In this document: in pieces, positions 53,616 through 62,555 of the stretch | Layout: each line of letters starts with the position of its first letter | Numbering within the stretch: the first letter of the stretch is position 1 | Assembly (NCBI GenBank): GCA_963844625.1 | Contig: CAWJPF010000020.1 | Coordinates: forward strand, 52,946 to 116,945 | DNA: 64,000 nucleotides | Direction of reading: 5' to 3' | Origin: an uncultured Actinomycetota bacterium | GTDB taxonomy: Bacteria > Actinomycetota > Actinomycetes > Streptosporangiales > Streptosporangiaceae | Position numbers and translations under genes: made by a program | Notes under the pieces: generated by a model | Told to the model about the DNA's origin: nothing | The model's input: only the letters and a program-made list of their open reading frames with translations | Databases searched by the model: none

Positions 53616-54466
53616 GTCGTGGCCCCCTCGACGGCGAGGTCTACCAGCGGATCCGGCTCGGTGGAACGGCGGCCGACGCCCAGCGAGGCCCGCGCCACCG
53701 CGTCGGTGAACGTGTTCACGCCGATGGTGAACAGCGCGATGAGGATGGCCGGCATGAGCACGCCCCACGGGTTCGCGATCAGCCCGACCCGGTTCTCGTT
53801 GATCATCAGCCCCCAGCTCGCCGCGGGCGGCTGCAGGCCGAAGCCGAGGAAGCTCAGTCCGGCGATGACCAGCATGGAGTAGGTGAGCCGCAGTCCGATC
53901 TCGACCATGAGCACCGAGGTCAGGTTCGGTAGCACGTCCCGGCGGATGATCCGGCGGCCCGGGATGCCGAGGATCTGCATGGCCTTGACGAAATCGCGCT
54001 CGCTGATGTCCAGCGCCGCCGCGCGGGTCACCCTGGCCACCTGCGGCGCGTGCGAGATGGCGACGGCCAGCACGATCAGCCAGATCTTCGGGCCCAGGAT
54101 GCTGACCAGCAGCAGCGCGAATACGAGCTGCGGGAACGCCAGGAACACGTCGACCACGCGCATGATCACGCTGTCCCACACTCCGCCTGCGTAAGCGGCG
54201 ATCACGCCGAGCGCTGCGCCGGCGGCGACGCCGAGCGCGGTCGCGGCGGCCGCCATGAGCAGCAGCTCCCAGCCGCCGTCGAGGGTCCGGCTCAGCACGT
54301 CCCGGCCGAGTACGTCACCGCCGAGCCACGCGATGCTAGAAGCCCGGGCAAACGGCCTCGTCACGAACTCGGTGCTTGAGTAAGGGGCGACAGCCGGGCC
54401 GATCGCGGCCGCCAGGACCACGCAGCCGGCGATGACCAGCCCGATGGCGCCTCGCGGTGTCCGCAC
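53612..54466 (-). CDS. ABC transporter permease (DppC/OppC-like)
   Basis: 284 aa and hydrophobic, with the EAA-like region '..RAAALDISERDFVKAMQILGIPGRRIIRRDVLPN'. Confidence 0.85.
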   Translation of the reverse strand: MRTPRGAIGLVIAGCVVLAAAIGPAVAPYSSTEFVTRPFARASSIAWLGGDVLGRDVLSRTLDGGWELLLMAAAATALGVAAGAALGVIAAYAGGVWDSVIMRVVDVFLAFPQLVFALLLVSILGPKIWLIVLAVAISHAPQVARVTRAAALDISERDFVKAMQILGIPGRRIIRRDVLPNLTSVLMVEIGLRLTYSMLVIAGLSFLGFGLQPPAASWGLMINENRVGLIANPWGVLMPAILIALFTIGVNTFTDAVARASLGVGRRSTEPDPLVDLAVEGATT

Positions 54467-54520
54467 CGCGCGGCCGAGTACCGCGAATGCCTCGGGTCTG
54501 CGTCGCCACGGGCACCTCCG

Positions 54521-55537
54521 TCAGGATCTGGGCAGCCGCCGCCGCGGGCTCGCGGCGAGCGATATCACGTCGGTCAAGATATTGACGACAATGTAAAAGG
54601 CCGCGAGGACCAGCACGATGAACTGGATCACCGGGATGTCCCGGTCGGAGACCGCCGACACCAATGCTTGCCCGAGCCCCGGGTAGTTGAACATGTACTC
54701 CACCACCACCACCCCGCCGGCCAGGTAGAGGAAGCTCAGTCCGATCACCTGGATCGTCGGCGCGATGGCGTTCGGCAGCGCGTGGACGAGCAGCACCCGC
54801 CACCTCGGCACGCCCTTGAGCCGGGCCATCTGTACGTAGTCGCTTTCCAGCGCGTCGATCATCGACGCCCGCATCATCCGGAAGACATACGGCACGACGA
54901 CGATGACCAGGGTCGCCACCGGGAGCACGAGCTCTCTCGGGTTCGACCACGGCGCAGTTCCCGGCACGAACACCGAAACTGCGGGAAACAGGTGCCATAC
55001 CACCGCGGCGAAGAAGATGATCAGGACCACCGCTACCACGAACTCCGGCAGCGCGGTGACGGCCAGGGCTGTGACCGACAGCACGTGATCGAATACGCTG
55101 TCCCTGCGCGCCGCGGCGAGCACGCCGAGTCCCACGCCGATCAGCGTGCCGATCGCGCCCGCCAGGATCACGAGCACCAGCGAGTTCAGGATCCGCCCGC
55201 CGACGAGCGTGCCCACCGGTGCTCCGTTGGCCAACGATTTGCCGAAGTTGCCGTGCAAGAGGCCGGTAAGCCACGTCCAGTACTGCTCGACCGCGGGCTT
55301 GGTCAGGCCCAGCTGCACCTCCAGCGCGTGCAGGCGCTGCGGGGTCGCCGTGTTCAGCAGTACTGCGCTGGCGGCGTTGCCCGGCAGCGTCTGCGTCGCG
55401 GCGAACACGAGGATCGACACCAGCAGCAGCGTGAGCAAGCCGATCAGGCTGCGGTAGATCAGCATGTGCCGAATGGGATGCGGCTTGCGCGGCTGGGGCG
55501 CTTTCGCCTCTTTCGTCTCCGCTGTCGCAGTTGTCAC
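54521..55537 (-). CDS. ABC transporter permease (DppB/OppB-like)
   Basis: 'MLIYRSLIGLLTLLLVSILVFAATQTLPGN...' and 'DYVQMARLKGVPRWRVLLVHALPNA'. The GTG at 55537 makes a GTGA overlap with the SBP stop. An alternative ATG lies at 55465. Confidence 0.8.
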   Translation of the reverse strand: MTTATAETKEAKAPQPRKPHPIRHMLIYRSLIGLLTLLLVSILVFAATQTLPGNAASAVLLNTATPQRLHALEVQLGLTKPAVEQYWTWLTGLLHGNFGKSLANGAPVGTLVGGRILNSLVLVILAGAIGTLIGVGLGVLAAARRDSVFDHVLSVTALAVTALPEFVVAVVLIIFFAAVVWHLFPAVSVFVPGTAPWSNPRELVLPVATLVIVVVPYVFRMMRASMIDALESDYVQMARLKGVPRWRVLLVHALPNAIAPTIQVIGLSFLYLAGGVVVVEYMFNYPGLGQALVSAVSDRDIPVIQFIVLVLAAFYIVVNILTDVISLAASPRRRLPRS

Positions 55538-57129
55538 GATAGCCACACATTCTTGAAGTCGTAGGCGTTCAGCGACAAGCCGATCTTGGACGGCACCAGC
55601 CCGCCGACGTTGGCGCTGTAGCCGTCGATCACCGGCGGGAAGAACGGGATGATATAGCCGCCCTCGTCGTATTCGATCTGCTGCATCTCGTGCGCGAGCT
55701 CGGTACGCAGCGAGTCGTCGACGGTGGCGATGGCCTGGCTGTACAGCGAGTTGTACCGGGTGTTGTCCCAGTGCGTCTCGTTGAACGAGGCCGTCGGCAG
55801 CGTGGCCAGCGACACCTGCGGCAGGTAGAAGTTGTAGAACCAATAGTCCTGGGCGAACTGCCACTTCAGGTAGTTGGTGCCGTAGAAGTCGTTCACGGTG
55901 ACGTCGTCCACGCTGACCGATATCCCGGCCGCGGAGGCCTGCTGGGCAAGGACCTGGGCGGCCAGGACCGTGCCCTGCGCGATGTCGGAGGTCACCAGCT
56001 GGACCTGCAGGCCCTCGGCGCCCGCCGCCTTCAGCAGCGACTTGGCCTGGTCGATGTCCTGCTCGCGCTGGGGCAGGCCGTGGTCGTACTCCGGCGCCCA
56101 GATCCCGAACACGTCGTTGCCCAGGGTGCCGTAGCCGCCAAAGACTAGATCGAGCATCTGCTGGCGGTCCACGACCAGGCGCATGGCCTGCCGGATGCGC
56201 ACATCGCTAAACGTCCCGGTGTCCACCCGCATGGTGAACGGATTCCAGCCGCCGCCGGCCGAGACCAGGACGTTCTTACCCTCGCCCTGCACTTCGGAGA
56301 TGACATCTTCGCTCAGTAGGTTGACCACGTTGACCTGGCCGGCCAGCAGCGCGTTCACTTGGCTGGTCTGGTCGCTGTAGTCGGTGATGACGATCTCGTC
56401 CAGGTACGGCCGCCCGGACTGCCAGTAGCCGTCGTAGCGGACGAAGACCGACTGCGTGCCCGGGCTGAAGCTCTTCAGCCGGAACGGGCCGGTACCGATG
56501 GGTGCGGCCGGGTTGAAGCCGACCGGGATGATGTCGGAGTAGCCGGGAATGGCCAGCGCCTGGTGCAGGGTCGCGAACGGCGTCGAGCAAGGAATCCGCA
56601 CCGTGTGCTGGTCGAGCTTGGTCATGTTCTTGGCGTCGATCGAGGCCAGGCCGGCCGCGGCGGCCGCCGGGGCCTTCGGGTTCAGGATCTGCCGGAAGGT
56701 GTAGATGACATCGTCGGCGGTCAGGTCCTTGCCATTATGGAAGGTGATCCCCTGCGCGATCCGCACCGTCCACTCGGTGGCCTTGGCGTTCGGGGTGAGT
56801 TCCTCGGCCAGCACGAATACCGGCTGCGCGTCCGAGTTAAGGCCAACCAGCGGCTCGTACAGGTTGTCGATCCTGGAGAAGTCCACGTTGGTGATGGCGT
56901 TCAGCGGATCCAGCGTGTCGGCGCTCGACCCGCCGGTCAGGCCAGCTCGTAGCGTGCCGCCGTACCTGGGCTTGCCCGCGGTCGACGTGGTGAACGCCTT
57001 TATCGTGTTGCCCGTTCCGCATCCGCTGAGCAGGCCGCCGCCGAGCAGCCCGCCCGCTCCGGCAGCCCCCAGGGTCAGGCCGGTCTTGAGGAAATCCCGG
57101 CGGCTGACTCTCATTTCTCTTTCCGGCAT
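55534..57129 (-). CDS. ABC substrate-binding protein, family 5 (peptide/nickel/opine type), Tat/lipoprotein-like signal
   Basis: 'RRDFLKTGLTLGAAGAGGLLGGGLLSGCG' is the signal region. The protein is 531 aa and carries SBP_bac_5-like motifs ('GTGPFRLKSFSPG'). Confidence 0.85.
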   Translation of the reverse strand: MPEREMRVSRRDFLKTGLTLGAAGAGGLLGGGLLSGCGTGNTIKAFTTSTAGKPRYGGTLRAGLTGGSSADTLDPLNAITNVDFSRIDNLYEPLVGLNSDAQPVFVLAEELTPNAKATEWTVRIAQGITFHNGKDLTADDVIYTFRQILNPKAPAAAAAGLASIDAKNMTKLDQHTVRIPCSTPFATLHQALAIPGYSDIIPVGFNPAAPIGTGPFRLKSFSPGTQSVFVRYDGYWQSGRPYLDEIVITDYSDQTSQVNALLAGQVNVVNLLSEDVISEVQGEGKNVLVSAGGGWNPFTMRVDTGTFSDVRIRQAMRLVVDRQQMLDLVFGGYGTLGNDVFGIWAPEYDHGLPQREQDIDQAKSLLKAAGAEGLQVQLVTSDIAQGTVLAAQVLAQQASAAGISVSVDDVTVNDFYGTNYLKWQFAQDYWFYNFYLPQVSLATLPTASFNETHWDNTRYNSLYSQAIATVDDSLRTELAHEMQQIEYDEGGYIIPFFPPVIDGYSANVGGLVPSKIGLSLNAYDFKNVWLS

Positions 57130-57216
57130 GTCTGCTCCCGGCTGTCGCGAAGCGGTGGCCGCTATGAATCCGGATGCCGCGGTGTTCTTCTGGCGTGGGC
57201 TCCCATGACTTCATGA

Positions 57217-57231
57217 GTTCACGATGCGAAC
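57217..57231. promoter_or_regulatory. Operator-like motif GTTCACGATGCGAAC (+ TAATGTGCA) upstream of the transporter sub-operon
   Basis: It is shared with 60029..60043 (14/15 identical) and has inverted GTTC...GAAC arms. Confidence 0.5.
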
Positions 57232-57295
57232 ATAATGTGCATAATGTGATTTAGGCTGATGGTAAGGACGGCCGCATCGTGTGTCAAGGATCACA

Positions 57296-58297
57296 TCAGC
57301 GGATCGCAGGCCCGGCGGGCGCAGGCGCCGTGGTGGGCTCGGCCGGAGGCGCGACCGCGTAACGTTCCGCCAGCACCAGCAGTTCCGCGAGGAACCCGTC
57401 GCGCAGCCGTTCCAGCTCGGCGACCGACCGGCCGTCGGCCTCCCGCAGGCAGCCCTCGACCATCTGGTCCCGCAGCTCCGCGGTCAGTGGCGGCGCCGGC
57501 AGCCGGGTCCAGGGTTCGAGCAGCGCGGCACCGAAGTGGTCAAGCATATGAGCCATGCCGCCACCGCCCCCGGCCAGGTGGAAGGTGAGGCAGGGGCCCA
57601 TCAGGGCCCAGCGCAGGCCGGGGCCGAAGGCGATCGAGGCGTCGATCTCTTCGACGGTGGCCTCGCCCGCCGCCACCATGTGCAGTGCCTCCCGCCACAT
57701 GGCCTCCTGCAGCCGGTTACCGACGAAGCCGGGGAGCTCCCTGGACAGGCGCAGCGGCCGCTTGCCTGTGCTCGCGTAAAAGTCGGCCAGCCAGCCGACC
57801 GAGGCGGGATCGGTCTGCTCGCCGCCCACCACCTCGACCACTGGTATGAGGTAGGGCGGGTTAAACGGGTGACCGACCACGCAGCGTTCCGGATGCGCGC
57901 AGTCGGCCTGCAACATGGTCATCGCGAACCCTGACGTGCTCGATGCGATGATCACCTCGGGCCGGGTGGCGCGGTCGATGTCGGCCAGCACCCGGCGCTT
58001 GACCGGTCCGACCTCCGGCGCGTTCTCCTGCACCACGTCGGCGTCGGCCACGGCCGCGTCCAGCCGGTCATGGAAGGTCAGCCGCTCCGGGCTAGCGCCC
58101 GCGCGCAGTCCGATCCGCTCAAGTAGCGGCCAGTTGGCTGCCGCCGTGCGGAGCAGGTCGCCGCGTGCGGTCGGGGCCGGATCGTAGACGTCGACGTCTA
58201 GCCCGGCCCGCAGGTAGTGCAGTGCCCACCCGCCGCCGATCACTCCCGCTCCGACGATTCCCACCCGGCGTGCCTGGTCCGGTTGCACAGCGGTCAT
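57296..58297 (-). CDS. L-carnitine dehydrogenase-like 3-hydroxyacyl dehydrogenase (NAD-dependent)
   Basis: 'VGIVGAGVIGGGWALHYLRAGLDVDVYDP...VQENAPE...IASSTSG...VGHPFNPPYLIPVVEVVGG...ELPGFVGNRLQEAMWREALHMV..GEATVEEIDASIAFGPGLRWALMGP' closely follows the carnitine 3-dehydrogenase pattern. Confidence 0.8.
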   Translation of the reverse strand: MTAVQPDQARRVGIVGAGVIGGGWALHYLRAGLDVDVYDPAPTARGDLLRTAAANWPLLERIGLRAGASPERLTFHDRLDAAVADADVVQENAPEVGPVKRRVLADIDRATRPEVIIASSTSGFAMTMLQADCAHPERCVVGHPFNPPYLIPVVEVVGGEQTDPASVGWLADFYASTGKRPLRLSRELPGFVGNRLQEAMWREALHMVAAGEATVEEIDASIAFGPGLRWALMGPCLTFHLAGGGGGMAHMLDHFGAALLEPWTRLPAPPLTAELRDQMVEGCLREADGRSVAELERLRDGFLAELLVLAERYAVAPPAEPTTAPAPAGPAIR

Positions 58298-58331
58298 CCC
58301 TGCGACCTCTCACCCGTCTTAGTGACCGCGG

Positions 58332-59093
58332 CTAGCCGCATGTCTTGTCCAGCCAGCCGGTAATCAGGTGGCACAGCATGGCGCGGTGCCAGGAGAAGGC
58401 GTGGTTCGCGCCGTCCACTTCGACGTAGCGGCACGCCGGGCCGGCCTGCGCCCGCAGTTCGCGGGCCTGTTCCACCGGAACCCAGCGGTCCGCGGTGCCG
58501 TGCACCACGAGCAGCGGCCGCGGCGAGAGGGCCGCCGCGGCCTCTACCCCGTCCATTCGCTCCGCTACCTCGTCGCGCTGGGCGGCGAACTCCCCGGGCG
58601 TGGTCGCGAGAAACCGGGTGAACTCGTTCTCGATCTGGTCCGGGTTCAGTGTGAGCCCGGCGCCCAGGCGCGCTGCCGCTCCGTACACGGCGACTGCGCG
58701 CAGCCTGGGTTCGGTGGCGGCGGTCACGATAGCCGCCCAGCCGCCGAGGCTGTGCCCGGCCACCGCGATCCGGCCGGGGTCAACCCGCGGGCAGCCGGTC
58801 AGGTAGCGGACCGCCGCGAGCACGTCGCGCGGGATGGTACGCAGGTCGTACCGGCCCGGGCTACCCCAGCAGCCGCGGTAGTGAAAGAGCAGCGAGTTCC
58901 AGCCGCGATCCCTCAGCGTGACGGCCAGGTCAAGGTTCTTTTCCAGGCCCGGGCAGCCGTGCAGCAGCAGCGCGGTCGGTTTGGGCTCATCGCCGCGGGC
59001 CAGGTAGAGGGTGCCGACGAGACGGTGCCCATCGCTGTCGAACGTGACCCCGGTGATGCCCTCGTGTTGCGGGTGCGGGTCAGTAGCCCACAT
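58332..59093 (-). CDS. Alpha/beta hydrolase (dienelactone hydrolase / S9-like esterase)
   Basis: 'ALLLHGCPG...', the nucleophile elbow 'GHSLGG', and 'VVHGTADRWVP'. It overlaps the BKACE stop by 14 nt. Confidence 0.75.
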   Translation of the reverse strand: MWATDPHPQHEGITGVTFDSDGHRLVGTLYLARGDEPKPTALLLHGCPGLEKNLDLAVTLRDRGWNSLLFHYRGCWGSPGRYDLRTIPRDVLAAVRYLTGCPRVDPGRIAVAGHSLGGWAAIVTAATEPRLRAVAVYGAAARLGAGLTLNPDQIENEFTRFLATTPGEFAAQRDEVAERMDGVEAAAALSPRPLLVVHGTADRWVPVEQARELRAQAGPACRYVEVDGANHAFSWHRAMLCHLITGWLDKTCG

Positions 59094-60012
59094 TGTCCAG
59101 GCCCTTGAGGCCCAGCATCTCGCGCGCCTCGGCTGGCGTCGCCACTTCCAGTGACAGTGCCTCCAGAATCCCCCTGATCTTGGTGACCTGGCTGGCGTTG
59201 GACTGGGCGATCTGACCCTTGCCGAGGTAGAGGCTGTCCTCGAGGCCGACGCGGACGTGCGAGCCCATGATCGCCGCGGCGGTCACGATGCCCATCTGGT
59301 AGCGGCCCGCGCCCAGCGTCGACCACTGGTAGGCGTCGCCGAGCAGTCGGTCCGCGGTGCGCTTCATGTGCACGATGTGGTCGACGTCCGGGCCGGTGCC
59401 GCCCATCGTGCCGAAGATGGTCTGTACGAACACCGGCGTCTGGACCAGCCCCTGGTCCAGGTAGTAGGCCAGCGTGTACAGGTGGGAGGTATCGTATGCC
59501 TCCGCCTCGAACCGGGTTCCGGTCTGCGGGCCGACCACGTTGAGCATGTACTCGATGTCCGCGTAGGTCGATACGAAGGGCTCGGCCCTGGTGGACTCGA
59601 GGTACTGCTCTTCCCAGTCAAACTTGAACTGGCCCCGGTAGCGGTCGACCATCGGGAAGCTGCCGTAGTTCATCGTGCCGAGGTTCAGCGTGCACAGCTC
59701 GGGCTTGAGCTCGACCACGCCCTGCAGCCGCTCCTGGACGCTCATCCCGGTGCCGCCGCCGGTGGAGATGCTGATGATCACGTTGCTGCGTGCCTTGATC
59801 CCCTTGGCGTACTCGGCGAACAGCGCCGGGTCGGCCGAAGGGCTCCCGTCCTCCGGGTTCCTGGCGTGCAGGTGCAGCACGGCCGCGCCCGCCTCCGCGG
59901 CGGCCACGCCCTGGTCGATGACATCACCGACCGTATATGGCAGGTAGGGCGACATCGACGGGGTGTGTCCCGAGCCGGTGAGCGCACAGGTGATGATGAC
60001 CTTGCCTGCCAT
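59080..60012 (-). CDS. BKACE family enzyme (beta-keto acid cleavage enzyme; DUF849, 3-keto-5-aminohexanoate cleavage-like)
   Basis: 'KVIITCALTGSGHTPSMSPYLPYTVGDVIDQGVAAAEAGAAVLHLHARNPEDGSPSADPALF...ISISTGG' is the canonical BKACE N-terminal pattern. Confidence 0.85.
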   Translation of the reverse strand: MAGKVIITCALTGSGHTPSMSPYLPYTVGDVIDQGVAAAEAGAAVLHLHARNPEDGSPSADPALFAEYAKGIKARSNVIISISTGGGTGMSVQERLQGVVELKPELCTLNLGTMNYGSFPMVDRYRGQFKFDWEEQYLESTRAEPFVSTYADIEYMLNVVGPQTGTRFEAEAYDTSHLYTLAYYLDQGLVQTPVFVQTIFGTMGGTGPDVDHIVHMKRTADRLLGDAYQWSTLGAGRYQMGIVTAAAIMGSHVRVGLEDSLYLGKGQIAQSNASQVTKIRGILEALSLEVATPAEAREMLGLKGLDNVGY

Positions 60013-60028
60013 CGTGCCACCTCCTGGT

Positions 60029-60043
60029 GTTCACGATACGAAC
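60029..60043. promoter_or_regulatory. Operator-like motif GTTCACGATACGAAC (+ TAATGTGCA 13 nt downstream) upstream of the BKACE sub-operon
   Basis: It lies 17 nt upstream of the BKACE start codon region and is paired with 57217..57231. Confidence 0.5.
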
Positions 60044-60167
60044 GTTCTGTTACTAATGTGCAGCGTATATGCCCTCTTCGCCGCCGGTCAATATGCCCGC
60101 TCCGACGGTTCGGTGCCCGAACCCGGATGAGAGCCGAAGGTGAAGGCAACCCTGCCAGGGGTTCGGG

Positions 60168-60509
60168 TCAATTCGCGTGTGCCTCCCATTGGGGCTTGGT
60201 CAGCGCGTACTCCACCTCGCCGTGCTCGAAGCCTTCTATGGCGTCAGTTCCCTCATAAGGGAAGGTGCGCACGAGGACCAGGCCGGACTTCTCCAGCACG
60301 CGCCGGGAGGCGGCGTTGACCGTCATCGTGTGCGCGAATACCCGCTGGATCTCGAGGTCGCTGAAGCCTTTTCGGATCAGGGCACGTGACCCTTCGGTGG
60401 CGTAGCCCTGGTTCCATGCGGCCCTGCGAAGCCGGTATCCAAGGTTATCCACGTCGTGCTCGGTAAACCGGCGCAGCCTCAGGCGGTCGGTTTCCAGGAA
60501 GATATGCAT
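60168..60509 (-). CDS. GNAT N-acetyltransferase (RimJ/RimL-like), apparently internally deleted
   Basis: The 113-aa protein reads 'LETDRLRLRRFTEHDVDNL' and then jumps directly to 'GYRLRRAAWNQGYATEGSRALI...'. About 60 aa expected between these motifs are absent. Confidence 0.55.
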   Translation of the reverse strand: MHIFLETDRLRLRRFTEHDVDNLGYRLRRAAWNQGYATEGSRALIRKGFSDLEIQRVFAHTMTVNAASRRVLEKSGLVLVRTFPYEGTDAIEGFEHGEVEYALTKPQWEAHAN

Positions 60510-60581
60510 GTACCCATTGTCTCTCTATGATCGCGGCCATTCTGGTCAACGACCGGTCCGCGCGGGCGGGTCAGCATGCGG

Positions 60582-61394
60582 TTAGTCGAGCAGGTCCTGG
60601 ATCTCGTCGGCCGTCTTCACCGCTTCCCCGCCGATCTCGCGCAGCCGCCGGGCCGAGTTCCGCGGGGCGGGACCCCAGACGTTGACGACCGCGATCGGCG
60701 ACCTCCTGGAGTTGAGCACGGCCGCCGATGCGCCGGAGGAGAACTCCTCGTACTCGCGGTCGCAGAGCGCGAACTCGGTCCGCCGGACCTCGGCCAGCTC
60801 GACCTCGAGTTGTTCCCGGTCGGTGACGGTGCGCTCGGTGTAACGCGGCAGGTCCGCGGGCAGGATCGCGTCCCGTTCGTCGCGGCCCAGCCACGCGAGG
60901 AACGCCTTGCCGCCCGAGGTGGCGTGCAGGGGCAGTGGCTTGTCCAGCCAGTTCGGCGCCATCATGTTCGGCGGCTCCACCTGGTCGACGTATACGAGGT
61001 TGAAGCGCCTCGCGACGGCGAGCGTCACCGCCTCTCCCGTGCGCAGGCAGAGATCGGTCAGCAGCGGCCGGACCCGGCGGATCAGCGCGTCGTCGGTCAC
61101 CGCTGAGGCCACCACCGTCGCGCCGTAGCCGACCGTATACCGCTGGGTTACCGCGTCGCGGTCGACGAGGCCGTGATGCTCGAGCGTCCTGAGCAACCGC
61201 CAAGCGGTAGCCCGGTTGATCCCGCAGCGGCGCGCGAGCTCGAGCACGGTCGGCGGCGTGGAACTTGCGGCGACTGCCTTCAGCAGCACAATGGCCCGGT
61301 CGACGGCCTGGATACGCTGCACGCCATCGCCTGCGGTACCAGGCACTTCGGCGGTGCTCGCCACTGGGCGTGACATAGAGTGCAGCATAGCCAC
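60582..61394 (-). CDS. IclR family transcriptional regulator
   Basis: 'VQRIQAVDRAIVLLKAVAASSTPPTVLELARRCGINRATAWRLLRTLEHHGLVDRD' is the HTH_IclR region, followed by an effector domain. Confidence 0.85.
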   Translation of the reverse strand: MAMLHSMSRPVASTAEVPGTAGDGVQRIQAVDRAIVLLKAVAASSTPPTVLELARRCGINRATAWRLLRTLEHHGLVDRDAVTQRYTVGYGATVVASAVTDDALIRRVRPLLTDLCLRTGEAVTLAVARRFNLVYVDQVEPPNMMAPNWLDKPLPLHATSGGKAFLAWLGRDERDAILPADLPRYTERTVTDREQLEVELAEVRRTEFALCDREYEEFSSGASAAVLNSRRSPIAVVNVWGPAPRNSARRLREIGGEAVKTADEIQDLLD

Positions 61395-61544
61395 GATCGG
61401 TTAGGCGATGGGCCTGCCGCTCTTGGCGGCCGGTCATTTCTCGCTGCGCGGCATCGGCGGCAGCGCCTGGCTGCTGGTGCTGGCCGGGGTCATCGCGGTG
61501 TTCGGTTACCTGGCCATGTATTACGGCCCGGACTCGCCTGCTAC

Positions 61545-61904
61545 TCAGGCCGGCTCCTGGATGGTTCCCGGCCGGTCCGTCGGCGGGATGTTCGCGTCAA
61601 CCAGCGCGGTCGAGCCGGCTGGCCGGGTGACGGTGTCCTCGGTCCGCTGTCGCAGGCGCTCGAGCGACTCGCCGTCACCGAGCGGGACCGTGGCCTCCAG
61701 ACGCGTGCTCGCCTGGACCTCGGGCAGGTCCATGATCGCATCGACCAGGCTCGCCCGGCTGCCCGGCGCGATGTGCCCGGGCGCCGCGTGCAGCGAGGCG
61801 CGGGCCGTACCCTCAGCTCCCTCGGCCGTCGTGACCTCGGCCGCCGCGACCGGTTGATCACCATCTTTGATCTCGACGTGGCGGGACTCATCAGGATTGA
61901 TCAT
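61545..61904 (-). CDS. Hypothetical protein
   Basis: 119-aa ORF with ATG start, GC3-rich codons and a non-repetitive acidic sequence. No domain recognised. Confidence 0.45.
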   Translation of the reverse strand: MINPDESRHVEIKDGDQPVAAAEVTTAEGAEGTARASLHAAPGHIAPGSRASLVDAIMDLPEVQASTRLEATVPLGDGESLERLRQRTEDTVTRPAGSTALVDANIPPTDRPGTIQEPA

Positions 61905-62486
61905 GGGGAGCCTCCTGGGGATCGCCTGTTAGGGTGCCAGACCAAAGCGCACCAGGCCCATTTCCCTTCTAGGCGCCCTATCTAAGGCGTAGACCGCTGG
62001 CCTGCCCGGCACGCACAGCTGCTTCGCTGCCGCAAGTCCGGTTACTGCTCTGCCCGGGACCGTCTGGGGTGAAACGATCGCGTCGCCGCCTAATCCATGA
62101 AAACCGGTGGCGCTAAGGTCTGTCCCGTAGATCTTGGGGTGGGCGGCTGAAGCCTGGCTCAGATGCGGGTGATGCCGGTGCCGCCTAGCCGGGTAGGTGT
62201 CACCCTGGCCTGTCTGCCTCGTCAGGCTCCTGCCGCCGCTGACGTCCCAGCGTCCCTGCGCTCCCGCGCCGGTTAACGCGGAAGATCGGGCCTATACGGT
62301 AAATCCGGGCCCCTGGCGGGTACCTGATCATCCACGTAAGCCCGATTTTCCGCGATCTTTTCCTGGGCCGGGCCTGGGCCGGGGCCGTAGGACCGCGCAC
62401 GGGTCACCGGGACCCCGCCCGCCCCATCGGCCCCTGACATGGCTGGGCACAGCCCGGCGAAACGGCTGCGCCTGCGGGCCCGGAAC

Positions 62487-62555
62487 CAGCGGCCGCCCAG
62501 GCGCCCAGCGGCCGCCCAGGCGCCCAGCGGCTGCCCAGGCGCCCAGCGGCCGCCC
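62487..62555. repeat. Non-coding 18-bp tandem repeat (CAGCGGCCGCCCAGGCGC x3.8)
   Basis: Read directly from the sequence. Units lie at 62487, 62505, 62523 (one mismatch) and 62541 (partial). Confidence 0.85.

Noticed and set aside
51316-54179. The 361-aa and 798-aa ORFs taken as full-length genes.
   Set aside because: Their N-terminal extensions are low-complexity and overlap the upstream genes. Internal ATG starts at 51786 and 53615 give ATGA stop/start overlaps and proteins of the expected family length.
61408-61857. A + strand ORF with a membrane-like N-terminus ('MGLPLLAAGHFSLRGIGGSAWLLVLAGVIAVFGYLAMYY').
   Set aside because: After about 50 codons it becomes antisense read-through of the minus-strand gene 61545..61904 and has no independent stop. 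A short membrane peptide cannot be excluded, but it is unsupported.
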